Positions 63,774-64,000 of a stretch of 64,000 bases of DNA are shown here, in pieces. The notes under the pieces are model-generated. The model ran no database searches and was not told where the DNA came from. It saw only the letters and a program-made list of their open reading frames with translations. Both the position numbers and the translations under genes were made by a program. The stretch is from Camelus dromedarius (Eukaryota), in the NCBI RefSeq assembly GCF_036321535.1, contig NC_087472.1:94800001-94864000 (forward strand), given 5' to 3'. Position 1 is the first letter of the stretch, and each line of letters opens with the position of its first letter.

Positions 63774-64000
63774 TTTTTTTTTTTTTTTTTTTTTTGGTAT
63801 ATGCACCTTATCTTTATTTTTTTAACTTTTTTTTTTATTGAGTTATAGTCATTTTACAATGTTGTGTCAAATTCCAGTGTAGAGCACAATTTTTCAGTTA
63901 TACATGAGCATACATATATTCATTGTCACATTTTTTTCACTGTGAGCTACCACAAGATCTTGTATATATTTCCCTGTGCTATACAGTATAATCTTGTTTA
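63774..64000 (-). mobile_element. Young L1 3' end (camelid-like), cut by the window edge
   Basis: Pure T22 tail followed by TTATTGAGTTATAGTCATTTTACAATGTTGTGTCAAATTCC...TTCCCTGTGCTATACAG. Confidence 0.8.

Noticed and set aside
1..64000. CRISPR arrays, operons, tRNA or rRNA genes
   Set aside because: The sequence is mammalian with no regularly spaced repeats; the only tRNA-related matches are the two 18-nt retroviral PBSs and decayed MIR heads.

Overview
Mammalian genomic DNA, AT-rich and dominated by repeats. It is most likely the X-linked MAGEB region of a cetartiodactyl, probably a camelid. That inference rests on the L1 3' ends and on seeing no Alu, B1, Bov-A, SINEC or PRE1 elements. The only convincing host gene is a MAGE-B gene with a single-exon CDS on the minus strand (52755-53717, MAGEB5-like), preceded by a GC-rich MAGE-type promoter and 5' exon region. 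About 2.5 kb downstream is a duplicated MAGE-like unit (about 49780-51522). It keeps the paralogous upstream flank and a complete MAGE-type 3' UTR with AATAAA, but has no MAGE coding sequence: a foreign-looking leader with a strong Kozak ATG runs straight into the 3' UTR. The rest is transposable elements. These include a degraded 12.6-kb class I ERV (tRNA-Arg PBS, gag-pro-pol, env mostly deleted, mismatched LTRs) carrying an internally deleted L1, a second MER4-group-like provirus running off the window end, many solo LTRs with TSDs (some nested), MaLRs, old and young L1s (one twin-primed, one with a likely 3' transduction), MIR/L2 and DNA-transposon relics. Repeat family names and homology calls are from recall of consensus sequences and were not checked by any search.
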